A DNA stretch of 64,000 bases from Utricularia gibba (lineage: Eukaryota > Plantae > Magnoliophyta): NCBI GenBank assembly GCA_002189035.1, contig CM007991.1:558001-622000 (forward strand). Reading direction: 5' to 3'. Position 1 is the stretch's first letter. Each line of letters starts with the position of its first letter. The notes beneath the pieces are model-generated. The model did not search any database. It was given only the letters and a program-made list of their open reading frames with translations, and was not told where the DNA came from. The position numbers and the translations under genes were made by a program. Below, one piece after another: positions 12,683 through 28,992 of the stretch.

Positions 12683-13471
12683 TTGATTCAGCGGACGTCT
12701 TCATCCTATCCTCGACGCCACCTGTCAAGAGATAATTGGCTCATAATGGATACTGTCCGGGATTTTTTAAAAGTATTATTTTAATAGCCGCTAAATAAAA
12801 TAATCAATTGTAATTTTTGAATGAGTTACCCAAATTGATGATTAAATAATAATAATAATTAATATACGATTTTCCAAGATAATTAAATTCTTATTTAAAA
12901 CAAGTATTCTTTTTCGAAAAATATTCTAAAAATAATTTTATTATCAAATGTACATATAATCTTTTTAAAAAAGTCAAAACTTAAAGAAATTATTTTTAAA
13001 AAACTTCAAAAACTTTATTATAAATAGTTTTCGAGAAACGGAACCTAAAATATAATGACCAAAGCGTCCAAACCTCACCCCAAAACACAGGCCATCGGAG
13101 AAAAATGGCTCAGCATTGCTTCCTTTTCCACGCCATTTGGCCCTACTCTCACCTTCATTGAAACGATCATCCCTTCCACTGAAGATTCTTGCTACTGAAC
13201 TGAAGCAAATGCCCCAGATTGGTGCTCTCTATTCTCACCATTGATGCCTGAGATCTCAACATTTCAAGGTTTGTGAAACAGTGTAGTATTCAACCTCACA
13301 AGAACAGCGCCATGCTCCGAATGCCCTTGTGTTCTACCCAAGTGTCCAACGATTTCAGAAGAATAGCAGCACATGAAAACCCGGCCAGCACATCCGGAAG
13401 CTTAATGATCATCCTTGAAAGCTTCCCTGCATTCTGAAACGTATGCATGTCGCATGCTTCTTGGTCTTACT

Positions 13472-15952
13472 TCAGAAAGAAGAACTGTTTCTGAGCTCTC
13501 CTGATACAAGGATGTCGTAAGTGTCATCATTTGGCACAATGCCTAGCGCAAGCATTTCCTCGTGCAACCCAAAGGCCTCACTCAGATTCCCTTCCCTGAA
13601 GTAGCTAGCGATCAGTGCGTTATAGACATGTTCATTAGGAGTAACATTCCTTCTCCGCATCTCATCAAGAAGCATCCGAGCAGTCTCTGTTCTCTCTTTA
13701 CCGCAAAGGCCGCGAATCAGCACGGAGTAGGCAATGGTATCTGGAGAAACATCCTCTGAAACCATCTCCTTGTACAGTTCTAATGCACGCTCCATGCTCC
13801 CCACATTCACTAGCCCATCCACAAGTGTTGTGTAAGTTGCAAAATCACATTCAACGCCTTCTTCTTTCATTGTCTTGTGCAAGTCGAGCATTGCCTTCGT
13901 TTTCTGCAGGTCTCTGTATCCAGACATCATGGTATTATAAACAATACCATTAGGAGAAAGACCAGCTACTGGGATCTCATCAAAAAGCTCACGAGCTCTC
14001 CTCATATCATTCTTCCTGCAGAAGGTATTAATCAGAACATTATATGCAGCTAGGTCCATGTCAATGGCAGCAACTCTGGTCTGAATCCTCTCCTGCATCT
14101 TCAGTGCAAGATCTAAGTTTCCAGTTTTAGAGAACCCATGGATCAAAGTGGTATAAGTGACAACACTCGGTGAAATACCAACTTTCAGCATGTCACTATA
14201 AACAGCAAGTGCAAAGTTGACATGTCCTTCCTTCATAAAGCCATCAATCAGACTGTTATAGGTTATGACTGATGGATTGAACCCCATGGTAACAAAATGC
14301 ACCATTCTTTCCTTCGCTTCAGCAGCTTGGCCTGCTCTGGAGAGCCCGCTGATGATGGTATTGAATATAACATCGCTAGGAGAAACTCCATTGTCAAGCA
14401 TATGGCCAAAAAGGGCCAAAGCTTTCTCCACTTTCTGTGTTCTAAAGCATCCGTACATGAGTATACCATACGAAAAGACGGTCGGTTTAATCCCCTCGTC
14501 AAGCATTTTTTCCCAAACTGCAAAGGCAATCTCTAATCTTAGCTGTTGACAGAACCAGTGGAGTAGATGGTTGTAGGTGAAAACATTCACAGCACCAAGT
14601 TTAACAGCATCATTGAATAGCTCCATTGCCTCATCAATCAGATTAAATTTTAGATATCCCCTGATCAGAGAATTTACAATATAGAGAGATGGCTGAATAC
14701 CTTGAGATTTCATTTGCTCATATAATTCCCCAGCTACCTGCAAATTCCCATTCAAAAAGCAACCTTGTATGAGAACTGCATAGGTGACCTTATTCGGAAG
14801 ATGCCCACCTTCAACTATCTCATCAAACAATGCCAAAGAACTAAGAAGATCACCAGCCTGACAATACCCTTTCATCAAGCTAGTAGCAACCACCAAATTC
14901 ATGGAATGCCCACAAATGCTCATTTCGTCCTTAAGCTTCAATGCATCCATCATCTTCCTCTGCTTCACAAAAGCACATATCAAAACAGTATATGTGCCTT
15001 CAGAAGGAACCCAACCCCTTTCCTTCATCTCGCTCAGCAACCCAAATGCAATCCCAGTATCCATTTTCATACAAGCAGCACGAATTGCCGTAGCATAAAC
15101 AGGTGCATCGAGTTCAACTCCACTTTCTTTTGAGGCAATAAAATACTCAAAAGCATCTTCCACCTTGCCTTCTCTGAGGCTTGCGCACATCATCATGTAT
15201 ACAGAAGCACAGTCGTAAGGAAGTTTTCTCAAAAGTAAGTCTCGAAACAAACCATGGGCCTCTTGAAACATCCGAAACTTGAGCAATGCTTTCAATAAAA
15301 CATTCAAAATAGGGACACACTGCACTAATCCGCGAGAAATCAATGCATAAAAACAATCCTCTGCATCTTTATACCGTCCAGCTTTAACATAGCCACTCAA
15401 GAAGTAATGGTAAATGCTATGCTTCATTTCAAAACCGTATCTTTTAGAGTTCATAATCAAGCCATCAATCAATACATCACCTGAAGGAGCCGTGCCCCCA
15501 GATAAATAACCGTTGATCAAACGCCTCGCAGCACAGTGATGGTTACAGGATCTTACAAGTATGTGCAGCAGCACGAAGAAAGAGTCCCCAAAATTTCGCA
15601 TGAGCCCTAGCCGCTTCTCCGCCTCCTTGTAAAGCCGAAGAGCGGACATGGGGTCGTCAACGAAAGTCAAAAGCTTGTCCACAACGTATTTTTGGGAAAG
15701 TTGCATGTTGCCGCTGGTGGGTTTCAGAGACTTTTGAACCTGAAACGAGACTCGGATCTCCGGAGATGGGTTTTTCTCATCAAAATCACTGCTTCGGAAG
15801 TATGCATCGGCAATTCGATCAATGGAATCAGTGGGTGCAGATGACATAGACCTGGGAACATTGAACAAACGCAGAACCCTCGAAGAAACTAGAGGCGATA
15901 GGAAATGAGTATTCAGTCGGCTTTGTCCCCTCATCAGGACAATAAAACCCAT
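13472..15952 (-). CDS. P-class pentatricopeptide repeat protein, organelle-targeted (At3g54980/LOJ-like), single exon
   Basis: 826-aa ORF with many tandem ~35-aa repeats (e.g. PNKVTYAVLIQGCF, PSVITYNSLIDGFMK, PDTIAYSVLIRGLCG); no DYW motif. Confidence 0.95.
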   Translation of the reverse strand: MGFIVLMRGQSRLNTHFLSPLVSSRVLRLFNVPRSMSSAPTDSIDRIADAYFRSSDFDEKNPSPEIRVSFQVQKSLKPTSGNMQLSQKYVVDKLLTFVDDPMSALRLYKEAEKRLGLMRNFGDSFFVLLHILVRSCNHHCAARRLINGYLSGGTAPSGDVLIDGLIMNSKRYGFEMKHSIYHYFLSGYVKAGRYKDAEDCFYALISRGLVQCVPILNVLLKALLKFRMFQEAHGLFRDLLLRKLPYDCASVYMMMCASLREGKVEDAFEYFIASKESGVELDAPVYATAIRAACMKMDTGIAFGLLSEMKERGWVPSEGTYTVLICAFVKQRKMMDALKLKDEMSICGHSMNLVVATSLMKGYCQAGDLLSSLALFDEIVEGGHLPNKVTYAVLIQGCFLNGNLQVAGELYEQMKSQGIQPSLYIVNSLIRGYLKFNLIDEAMELFNDAVKLGAVNVFTYNHLLHWFCQQLRLEIAFAVWEKMLDEGIKPTVFSYGILMYGCFRTQKVEKALALFGHMLDNGVSPSDVIFNTIISGLSRAGQAAEAKERMVHFVTMGFNPSVITYNSLIDGFMKEGHVNFALAVYSDMLKVGISPSVVTYTTLIHGFSKTGNLDLALKMQERIQTRVAAIDMDLAAYNVLINTFCRKNDMRRARELFDEIPVAGLSPNGIVYNTMMSGYRDLQKTKAMLDLHKTMKEEGVECDFATYTTLVDGLVNVGSMERALELYKEMVSEDVSPDTIAYSVLIRGLCGKERTETARMLLDEMRRRNVTPNEHVYNALIASYFREGNLSEAFGLHEEMLALGIVPNDDTYDILVSGELRNSSSF

Positions 15953-16025
15953 AACGAGGAATCATCCGAATGGCTCTGGAATTTTTTCGTCTCAAAGTAA
16001 TGAATGATACAAGTAGTAGTGACAT

Positions 16026-16980
16026 TCAAAAGTTTTCAGGGCTGTCATCCAACTGCTTCTCATCTTCTATTTCCACCTCCAAGATTTCCTAAGAACCAGA
16101 GGAAGCAAAAATTTTATTGTAGACCTAAAAATGAAGATCTCAGAAGGGAGAAAGAGTAGATAAGACATTGCAAGCTCCCAACTTACAGGGATTCTTTGCT
16201 TCAAGTAATTTCCGAGCCTCGCCAAAACAGTAGAACGCTTGTGCCAGAATCTACCGCTGAGACTGATCTTTACATAAGGCCCATCTATCTCAGCCAGTTC
16301 TGCTCTTCCTGCAAGACAATGATAACCCAAACTTGATAAAAAGCAAGCGGGTGCTACATGTACCATCGGTTCACACCGAAAAATCTCGAATATTAATCAA
16401 ATAATCTGGAAATAACAACTACCATAAAGCTAAATCTCTTGATTTATGCTTCACAAAGCAACAGAACTATGTGCGAGTCCTTTTTATATCACCAAATCTT
16501 CTTCTTGATGCAATCTCATTGCAAACCCACCCCCCCTCCCCCGGATTTCAGCCTAATTACCACTTGAAAACAAACAAAAGATATCTTTTTTACACCCCCA
16601 TTCAACAACAAAAAACATTCCGATAACAAAGATGAACCCTTGAAGACAAATCACCTGTTATATTAACAGACGCATCGAAAAGTTGAGCCAACTGCACGAA
16701 AATACACAAGATGAGAGTTTGAATCAAGATTAATCCAAAAGGAGCCTTGACTGTACTTCACCTCAACTCGAGCATCAGACAAGACCTGCTTGATGTTGTC
16801 CTCTGTCAAGTCCAATGGCCTGATCGACGCCGAAATCATCCATCCACTCCCCCTTCTCTTCCAGTTCCCCAACTTCGCCGATCCGAAGTTTGCCTTCTGA
16901 CTGGGTCGAAAAGATAAACAGGAAGGAGCCGACCGAACAAGGCCGCGGAAGGGCTCAGAATGGGCAACTCCGAGCTGCAT
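16026..16980 (-). CDS. Plastid NifU/Nfu-like domain protein lacking CxxC, 4 exons (16980-16762, 16690-16654, 16309-16191, 16088-16026)
   Basis: Spliced translation ...PLDLTEDNIKQVLSDARVE/LAQLFDASVNITG/RAELAEIDGPYVKISLSGRFWHKRSTVLARLGNYLKQRIP/EILEVEIEDEKQLDDSPENF*, all GT-AG junctions. Confidence 0.8.
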
Positions 16981-17358
16981 AATTGTGACTACGATTCAGT
17001 GCCTAGGGTGGAACCGTTTATCATTATTTTTATTATTAAATATTATTTAGTTTTCTATATGTTTAAAAATAAAATAATCAAATATATTCAATAAATTAAT
17101 TATCCATTTATAACAATTTATATTATCAAATATTTTGATTGATCGTATTTATATTAATTCATAACTCACAAATGATATTTTTTGATAGTAATTTTCAATA
17201 ATAAATCTTTAATTTACTTAAAATATTTCTTATTTACAAATATATTAATTAAAAAAATAAATGGAAAAAACATTTATTTTTTTATAATTATCTTAATAAC
17301 ATAGTCACAAAACATACATTTACAAGCAGTTGCCAACCATAGCGCCACGTTGCGAATT

Positions 17359-19329
17359 TCAGAGCAGAAGCTTCAACGGTCGCATCATTTCATTGTCTTC
17401 ATGGTCAAGAATCTACAGGACAAAGAAAATGGGGGTCAGCATCAATTCACAGTTTTGAATCAGACGTTGAACAGTGGAAGCTCACATGGCAGTGGTAGAC
17501 GTATCCAGGCTCTGCAGTTGCATCAAAGGGATACCTTTGGTCCTTCTCCACCAGGTTGAACTTCACAACCACCGTAGTCACCGCCCCGCTCGCAATCTTG
17601 ACCACGTTTTTCCATGTTTTCTCGTGTGGGGGGATCTGATCGCCGGCCCCGGAGATGTAGGAGGAGATATTGCAAGCCACGGCTTCGTTCTTCTCCTCCA
17701 TACATGTCTTGAACTTGTCAACGGGGTCCAGAGTTCGCACTCTCATCGCCTGAAACACCGCCAAGTGAATGTGGAGAGGATGGTTGTCGTCCGTTAGATT
17801 TATCACTTCCCAGATTTCCGTCGACCCGCTTCGCGGCGTCTCTGTCACCGGATCGTTGAACCTCTTCCCGTTGATGTTGAGTCGCACCGGTTCCTCATTT
17901 TGTGTTTTCTCGTATAACGCGATGTATCTCTTCACGGTAGCTTTCCTGGAGGCTTCTTCCACGGACTCCAATGGATAAGCGCGCAATTTCTCGGGGATTG
18001 TTGAAGTGTCAGGGGTGGCCGGAGGTCCGTGATGAATGACGAACTTCATTATCTCCCTATTGAGCTCATCATCTGCAGAGTCCTCTGAAAAGGGATATGG
18101 AGCATTGTTGGTGAGAATGGATTCTCCGGTAGGGCACGCAGAGAAGTCTATCACAGCATCGACGGTCTCCGCCGGAGCCAGCAGTACACTAGTGGCTACT
18201 ACCGGGGCCTCCAAGTACGAGCCATCGGACCCGACTATTGTGAAGGAGAGGCCGTTCGTCAGCGAAAAGTTGAAGTGCCTCGCGTTGGAAGCGTTGGTAA
18301 TCCGGAATCTGTACTTCCGACGCTGAACCTTCAGGTACGGCCAAGCTTTCCCGTTAACAATAATAGCGTCACCAAAGTACTCTGGCTGCCACTGCTGATG
18401 GAGTTCAGGGATGTTTCCGGTGCGATTGATGTAGAGTGACCCATCGGCGTTGAAACTCCGATCGAACACCAGCAGGTGACGATCGAATCTGGGGCTGGAA
18501 GGAAGATTGAGTCTCGCATCAAGATTCGGATTCTTGATAACATATGGCGCGATCAAGCCGGCGAGGAGGTTTACTCTGGTCAACCCGAGGGCGTGGTCAT
18601 GGTACCACAGATTGCGAGAATTTTGAACATTGGGATACATGTATGTCGCTCCCGAATGCCCCCAATTGGGCCCTGTTTCGTTGAAGTTGGCTGTGAACCA
18701 TGAGAGGGCATTACCGTCGCTGGCCGGAGGTTGAACGCCCCCGTGGAGATGGACCACCGTCGGAACGCCGCCGAATTTCGGGGTAGCTACGGTGATGTTC
18801 GGGTCCGTCGGGAGAATGTGTTGTTGGGGTAAATGGTTTTCCCAAGTCACGTAAGTGGAAACCCCGTGCAGTGCCTCGATCAATGGCCCCGGCACGGTAG
18901 CCTCGCTCCGCGACGTGCCGTAGGCAAACACCTTCGTCGCCGGCAGATCACGGTGGAATTTCTGTGTATTGAATGGCACCACAACACAGTCATTCATCAA
19001 GTTTACGATGAAATGCTAAGTCTCGCCAAAGTTTACAGACTTCTGTATAAAAAAAAAAAAAAAAAAAAAAAAGTTACCCATTGAATTTGGTACATGCCGA
19101 TGGTAAGATTCCCGGGAGTGGGAGGTTCGCCACTGCGACTGGGCGAGTAGCCGAGGAGCCTCCGCGTATCCGGAAGCGGATCGACGAACTTCTTCAGCGA
19201 CACAGCAACTTCCCGAAGCTCATCTTCTGTAACTGGAGCCGGTCCCAGAAGACCATATGATTCACTTGGAAGTTGGAGGAGGAGGAGGAGAAAGATGGCT
19301 GGGGACACAGTGTTATGTGCTGGTTTCAT
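17359..19329 (-). CDS. LPR1: LPR1-type (CotA-like) multicopper oxidase, copy A, 3 exons (19329-19078, 18961-17486, 17412-17359)
   Basis: Signal peptide; copper ligands [28 protein letters not shown]; LPR motifs [26 protein letters not shown]. Confidence 0.95.
19049..19072. repeat. 24-nt A homopolymer (poly-T on the sense strand) in intron 1 of LPR copy A
   Basis: Read directly from the sequence. Confidence 0.9.
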
Positions 19330-22082
19330 CCTTCTTAGACCTGCAAATCAGATCATTAGAAGGCTTGAAACTCTTGGATTGAGGAACCAGAAGCATCTTA
19401 TCCTTTATAGACCATTGCTAAAGCACAAGGTAAAGTGGTGGCAGCACTAGACAGAGATAAAGAAACCCCACTTGCCTATTTCCAATAAAAAAATATTGCC
19501 GGGTTCCAGGGCCGGCTGGAGCTCTGCGAAGGCGACTTCCACTTATTTTGCGAGTTCGACCTTGCATCACTGGTGACGAGTCACGAGTCCCTGTTATTGT
19601 GATGCTGCTACTGGGGTGGAGCCCGTAGGAAGACCCGAAGAGGTCGTCTGTGAAATCTTTCTTGACCGATTCAATGAACCATCTGTAGTAAGCCCCACAT
19701 CCATTGCTGCGTGAAGCCTGATGTAATAACTGATTGACTTGTTTACCCACTTCTTGGGAGACTATAACTGCTTTCATTTTCTTTCTTCTTTTTTTTTCCG
19801 GAAAAGTCTCAAGTTCCAGCTTCACGACTGATGAAGTTCAGTGGGGTAAGCTCGTTTCTAATAATGTGAGTTTTCCGGTGCTGGCAATGCCTTCCTAGTT
19901 AATCGGAGAAGCCTGTAGCTGCTTTCTTGGATGTGAAGAGGATGCCAACCTCTTCACTTGAGGGCTAATGTTTATCAATCTCTTTGCCAAAAGGCATGCC
20001 AACATACTCAAATCTAACTATGTAACATGAGGCAGCAATACTCCAACAATTGGCAAAAACCCCATTACTAAGAGTTACAGCTTAACATGAGATTTAAAAA
20101 CCACACAGACGAGATTATAAGGTTCATCCACAAGGTAAACGGTCATAAACTACACTTAGGCATTTCATCAAGCATCTGGCATGCAACCTTGGAACATAGC
20201 AATTAATAGCACCAAACTCATAATAAAGCAGCACATTTGGCCTACCAACACCAACCACAACCATATATTTCATATAGTCCAAATCACCCTACTGCCCACG
20301 TAAAGATGACCAACACAAGTGAAGTGAGTGGCAATGCTGCTTACCTTTGGTATATGCACCTTTCTGTACGACTCATCATGCAACAAAAGAAAAGCATGTT
20401 TTCCGTCCATTTTACCAAGAAACCCAATTTGAGTTTCGCATATACCTATATGAGCTATCCGATCATACATTTCAAAATATTGGAGTTTGCATACGCTTCT
20501 AGAAAGCCAAGCTGTTTCAAAACCTCCTTTGTACACTTGTTCCCACAAATCCCTGTCTCCATGTCAAAACCCCATGGAGCCCATAGGAAGGCACGAAGAG
20601 GTCTTGTGTGAACGCCATTGTTGAAAGATTCAATGCATGATGGAACATGATCACGCGTGTCGCAGACCGTCCATGGGAGTTGTTAGGGTAATTTATTTGT
20701 GTGAAAAAATCCATCTTTTTTAATATATTTTATTTATTTAATATGTAAACAAAATGGAAAAATGGTAGGATTCATAAATTACCCGAAATTTTAAAGAAAG
20801 TGGGGGCTGTCTTTCGGTCTTCCAAATTTCAAGTTTGTGGGAACTGAATGCTACCTAATCATTGACTTGGTCATTTTCACGCGAATGGTCTTAATTAGTG
20901 AAACAGTACTCGGCGAAATTTTTATTTGTAAAATAATCCCATTTGATAAAAATTGACTAAATAATCTTATTTTTTAAAATAAATATTTTCTTTTTTATTA
21001 TGTATAATGATTGTATTTTTTGTAAAATACAGTTTTTTTTATTTGTTTAAAATCGTATTTTTTTTTAAAACAGATTTGTATAAACGAAAAAAAAATTTAC
21101 TCGATATTATTTGATTGATTAATGTTCCTAAAATATTATTAGGGTTGGATTAAATTGGAAAATATTTTTAAAGTAGAAAAAATAAATCATGATTAATTAT
21201 GATTGGATCATGATTTGGGATTTAATTAGTGAATTGATTTTGAAATCAATAAATTAACAAATGATTCAATTATGATTTGAATTTACCATTTTTGAATAAC
21301 TTAAAACAAAAGTACTAATGAAGTAATATAATATTCATATTCATTTTCGAAGATATTTAGATATGTTCTGTGTAACATATAATTATATATATATTATTTT
21401 TATTTCAAATTATTTAATTTTGCATTTTTTGAAAAATATATTATTTAATAAAATATATAAATTATCTTATTCTCATTTTACTCATTCTCATTCTTTATAA
21501 AATATTAATGTAAAATAAAGAAGGTAGGAATACCATACACTCACGTGCAGAGGCACCCCAACGCAGCAGCTCCAAAATTTGAGCCCATTTTTTTAGGTTG
21601 AGTTTTGATTCGAGTTGAAGAAAATGCAGAAGCAGTTGCAGGTGTGGTCTGTGTCGAGATGCTGGTGTTCTTAATGTCTTTAAATGTGTACAGGATGTTG
21701 ATTTGGTGTTGAGACGCGTTGTTCAAGTCAAATTCACCGCACGGGTTTTGGAAGAGAATCCTCTGTTATTTTGTTCGATCGCCATTGAAGAACCTGCAGG
21801 ATGAGAATGGAAGAGCAACCGTGAAATTGGCCTGTAATGTGAACGGAGTCGATTTCACTTTTTTGTTTCTACTACCAGATTGATGTCGACAGATTGTGTG
21901 GCTCGGATCTCTTTCATAGACGGGAATGATCCGATTACGGCCGGCAATTTTGTCACGCAATCAACAGCCTCCGTATGCAAAGCGTGGACAGATATGGGAG
22001 GAATCAATGGGAGAATAGTTTTGATTTTTCAATCCCGGGTTCCGCGTATCGTCTGTGTACTTGATTGCAATCTTTCTGCGCG

Positions 22083-23436
22083 ATGGAGCAGCTACCCTCA
22101 TCATCAATGGTGCCTCCTGGCGTTGATCCGTTGCTCAAAGATCTGTCCGAGAAGAAAGCGACCTTCCGCCGGAACATAGAGTCGTTAGTGGCGGAACTTG
22201 AGGAGGCGCGCCGTCGCGTTGCTTCTCAAGAGCAGTTTTTTGCGATTGAAGCCCGTAAAAGGCAGGTACGCCATGCAGTTTCTAGAAAATTGGTGGCTTT
22301 TATGGTTTCAAGTCAACGAGCTGTTGATTTGAAATGATTTTTGACGAGTTCTCATGACCGATTTCATGTTCTTTCATCTCGCTTTACAGGAGGCTGAAAC
22401 TAAAGTAAAGGTGATGGAGAAAGAGATGGAAGTACTGAACAAGAGTATAGATGAGAAAGATGAAAAGCTTCATGCTTCTGAATCTGCTGCTCAAATGGTT
22501 CGATATCCCATTTTGATTATGAGTTAGCATCATGGCCATCATTGGAACAATAATTTGTCTTGCAGTTGGTTGAAGAATTGGGAGATATGCGATTGCAGCT
22601 TTCAGCGACAAGGGCGATTGCTCATGCAACTGCACAATCTGCAGTTCTGCAGTGTTCCATACTCTTGAAAGAACTTGAAGATAAGAACCGCTATTTGGAA
22701 GAAAATGAGGCATGTATTGATAGGCTAGAAGAGCTATTATATCATTTTCATAATGTCAGTTGTGCTAGAGAATGTTCTGAATCGCATCTAAAAGATGAGA
22801 TCTCACAAACTGAAAAGACGATCATGCAAGCACTATATGAGGCCAGAGCAGATAGAGATAATGACCTCTGGAGAGTTTTAGATGCAGATTTCGTAGAAAA
22901 ACACTTTGATATTACGAAACAGATGAAGATACAGGATTGTGAAATAGCAAAGCTGAAAGATGTAGTGGATATGGCTGCCAATTGTAAGGTCAAAACTAGA
23001 GAGATCGAGTCTCAGGTTCATTCCCATTTTGTTCATCATGTGTTAGCAACTCCAGCTAGTTCGTTTTCATTTACTTGATAAGGGTATTTTTATTTTTCCT
23101 GTGCGCAGCTAGAAAAGCATTATAAGAAAAATCAAGAGTTGAAAAAGAAGGTTTTAAAGATGGATTTTTTGCTTCAAGAGCTACGTGCTCAAGCACGTAA
23201 ACTCAGAAGGGTAAGTTGGTACTGCAACAATCTTCCATAAATTATATGTTTCTGACTCCTAATGTTTTGCACAGAGGGAAGATATGAAAAATAAAACTAT
23301 TGAGGAAATGAGGAATCAGTTGGAAGCTCTACAGCATCCCACGCATATTTGTAAGAATCAGAACTTTTGGGGATCCGGTTTTAGGATTATTATTCCAATG
23401 TCGATGATCATCTTTGTATTGCTTTCAAAGCGATAA
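22083..23436 (+). CDS. NEAP: Nuclear envelope-associated protein (NEAP) coiled-coil protein, divergent, 5 exons
   Basis: VDPLLKDLSEKKATFRRN N-terminus, coiled-coil body, LKKKVLKMDFLLQELR, and C-terminal NFWGSGFRIIIPMSMIIFVLLSKR* transmembrane tail typical of NEAPs. Confidence 0.85.
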
Positions 23437-23465
23437 TTTTTTGATCAAGGGAAATCTTGGTGACT

Positions 23466-23487
23466 GTATATATATATATATATATAT
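23466..23487. repeat. (TA)n microsatellite in the NEAP 3' region
   Basis: Read directly from the sequence. Confidence 0.9.
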
Positions 23488-23908
23488 TTAGTGTGTAAGA
23501 ATGCTGAGTTTTGTCATGGATAAGAAAGTGGTAGGATTGAGTGGTCAGATTCCTTGTTTCTACATTTTATAGATATATTTTCTCTTCAGAATACCGCACA
23601 TTTGTTGTTCAGAAAATTGCGGATATTTCGTTTGGAAAAAGTATATCTCATGCTTCGAATGCTGATATGCTTCTACTGCAGCGACATGTCATTTGGCCTT
23701 TTGAGAAGGATATTGAATTTTGAACACTGTGCAGTTTTTGCTCATCTCTGTAAATCTGGATCTCATGCATTCCTTAAAAACAACTGTCCGCAGTTATTAG
23801 TGATGATTCAGAGAATGTAGTGGGGTATTCTATGGCTCAAGGGTGACTGATCATGAAACTCTTACACCTCACAGAAATTATCAACTTCTTGCACAGCGAT
23901 AGTCTGAT

Positions 23909-25046
23909 TCAGTATTTAGACGGTAGTATCCCCGAGTATCCCCATGCGGTGGTAGATATTACAACAAGCATACAACCGAGTACAGGTTGCAAGTGGGAGG
24001 ACTTGGAAGCCGAAGAGGTATCTGCATTTTCCGGAACTTGAGAAATACCTGTAGGGGTAGGGGTTCCTTGCTGATCAGGGTTGCTTGCATTTGCATATAT
24101 GGGTGAAGCACCTAAACCACTGAAAGTGAATACCGTAAATAAATTGAAAAAAAAATATGTGTGCATATTGATGATGAAGGTTTAGAAAAATGAGAATGAC
24201 AATGCAGTTCAGTTGCGATGTTTTTACCCTGTTGTGGCTCCAGTTGAAGAAGCAGTGGCTGCGGTTGGACTCACAGTGACTGGGGATGCAGGAGTCGGTG
24301 ATATTATGATAGGCCCAGTGGCAAAAATGCATGAACCAGAGCCTTCATCATCAGGAGTGATGTTATAATAACAGCCGTAGAGATTTCAATGATTCATTCT
24401 GCTGGAACTATTTGAGCATTCTTACTTGGATTCACATTCGTTAATGCAGCCATGCCTCCGAAGTCGCAGCTTCCCTGGTGTGGATTTCTCTGGTAGTAGC
24501 TATTAAATGCATATGAGGCATGACTCTGCAGCGTGTTGGGACTGTAGCAAGTTGCTCCTTGTTGAATATTTGAGCAATTTGCTCCTCCCATTCCACAAGC
24601 ATAATCCAGGGCTGCCTGAAGACTCGCCTCTGGCACTCCATTCCTTGCCACACACCAGCTCCCCTGTGGAGCCAATGGCGCACTTGCTGCAGTCAGAGGA
24701 GCCGTGATTGGATTTCCACCATTATTGACTCCGCCGATTGGGTTTGTGACAGTTGTTCTTGGGTTCAGTGTGATTGGACTGGACGAGGGGACAGTGACAA
24801 CTGCGCTGGAAGCGTCACCTGAGCCAGGGGCGCCAATGAGATTATCATTGAAGAACTTGATCATCAGTCGTCTACCCCCTGAAGCGTTTTCTGCACCTGA
24901 ACCAGATGAGCTGATCAAACACCATGAAAGGTAATGTAAGCATACATTTTCAGCCTTTGATCATATCAGATCTCACCGCAGGATAAGGCAATGCTGACAT
25001 ATAAGAGGAACATGAGAAGTATGGGATGACAAACCGCTGGTTGCAT
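23909..25046 (-). CDS. X8 (CBM43) carbohydrate-binding domain protein, PDCB-like, probably GPI-anchored, 4 exons
   Basis: Signal peptide ([23 protein letters not shown]), X8 motif WCVARNG...[44 protein letters not shown]...CDFGG, Ser/Thr/Pro-rich linker, hydrophobic C-terminus. Confidence 0.88.
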
Positions 25047-25458
25047 TCTTTTTTCTTCAGTGAAATGGTCAGTCCTTAACGCTTACTTGAACTGAATACT
25101 ATTACATTGCAGCTCTTTATAACACGTTACTCGCATGGAGATGGAAAAAGATTGGCATCATTGCTTAATCGGCAAGCATATAAAGATGAGAAAAAGTATA
25201 AAAGGCATGCTGAGGAAAGCAGAGAATTTATCTTCTATAAAAGGTGTAGTGGTCTCTGTAAAGTAGTATGAGAACATATTCATGTTCAAAGTATACTGAA
25301 AGAAGAAAAGTTGGTACATTTACGCTAGCAGTCGAAAGATGTGACCCCAGCTGACGACAACTTCAACCAATCGGGTCAACCCGGGTTGAAAGGATTGGAG
25401 CTCCAAGAATATTATGAGCTAATCCAAAAGTCTCTGTACAGGCAGATCAATATCAAAA

Positions 25459-28992
<3,534 letters not shown>

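Noticed and set aside
21545-21588. Minus-strand MGSNFGAAALGCLC followed by a GTGAGT donor, possibly a first exon
   Set aside because: No compatible downstream acceptor or recognisable protein could be found.
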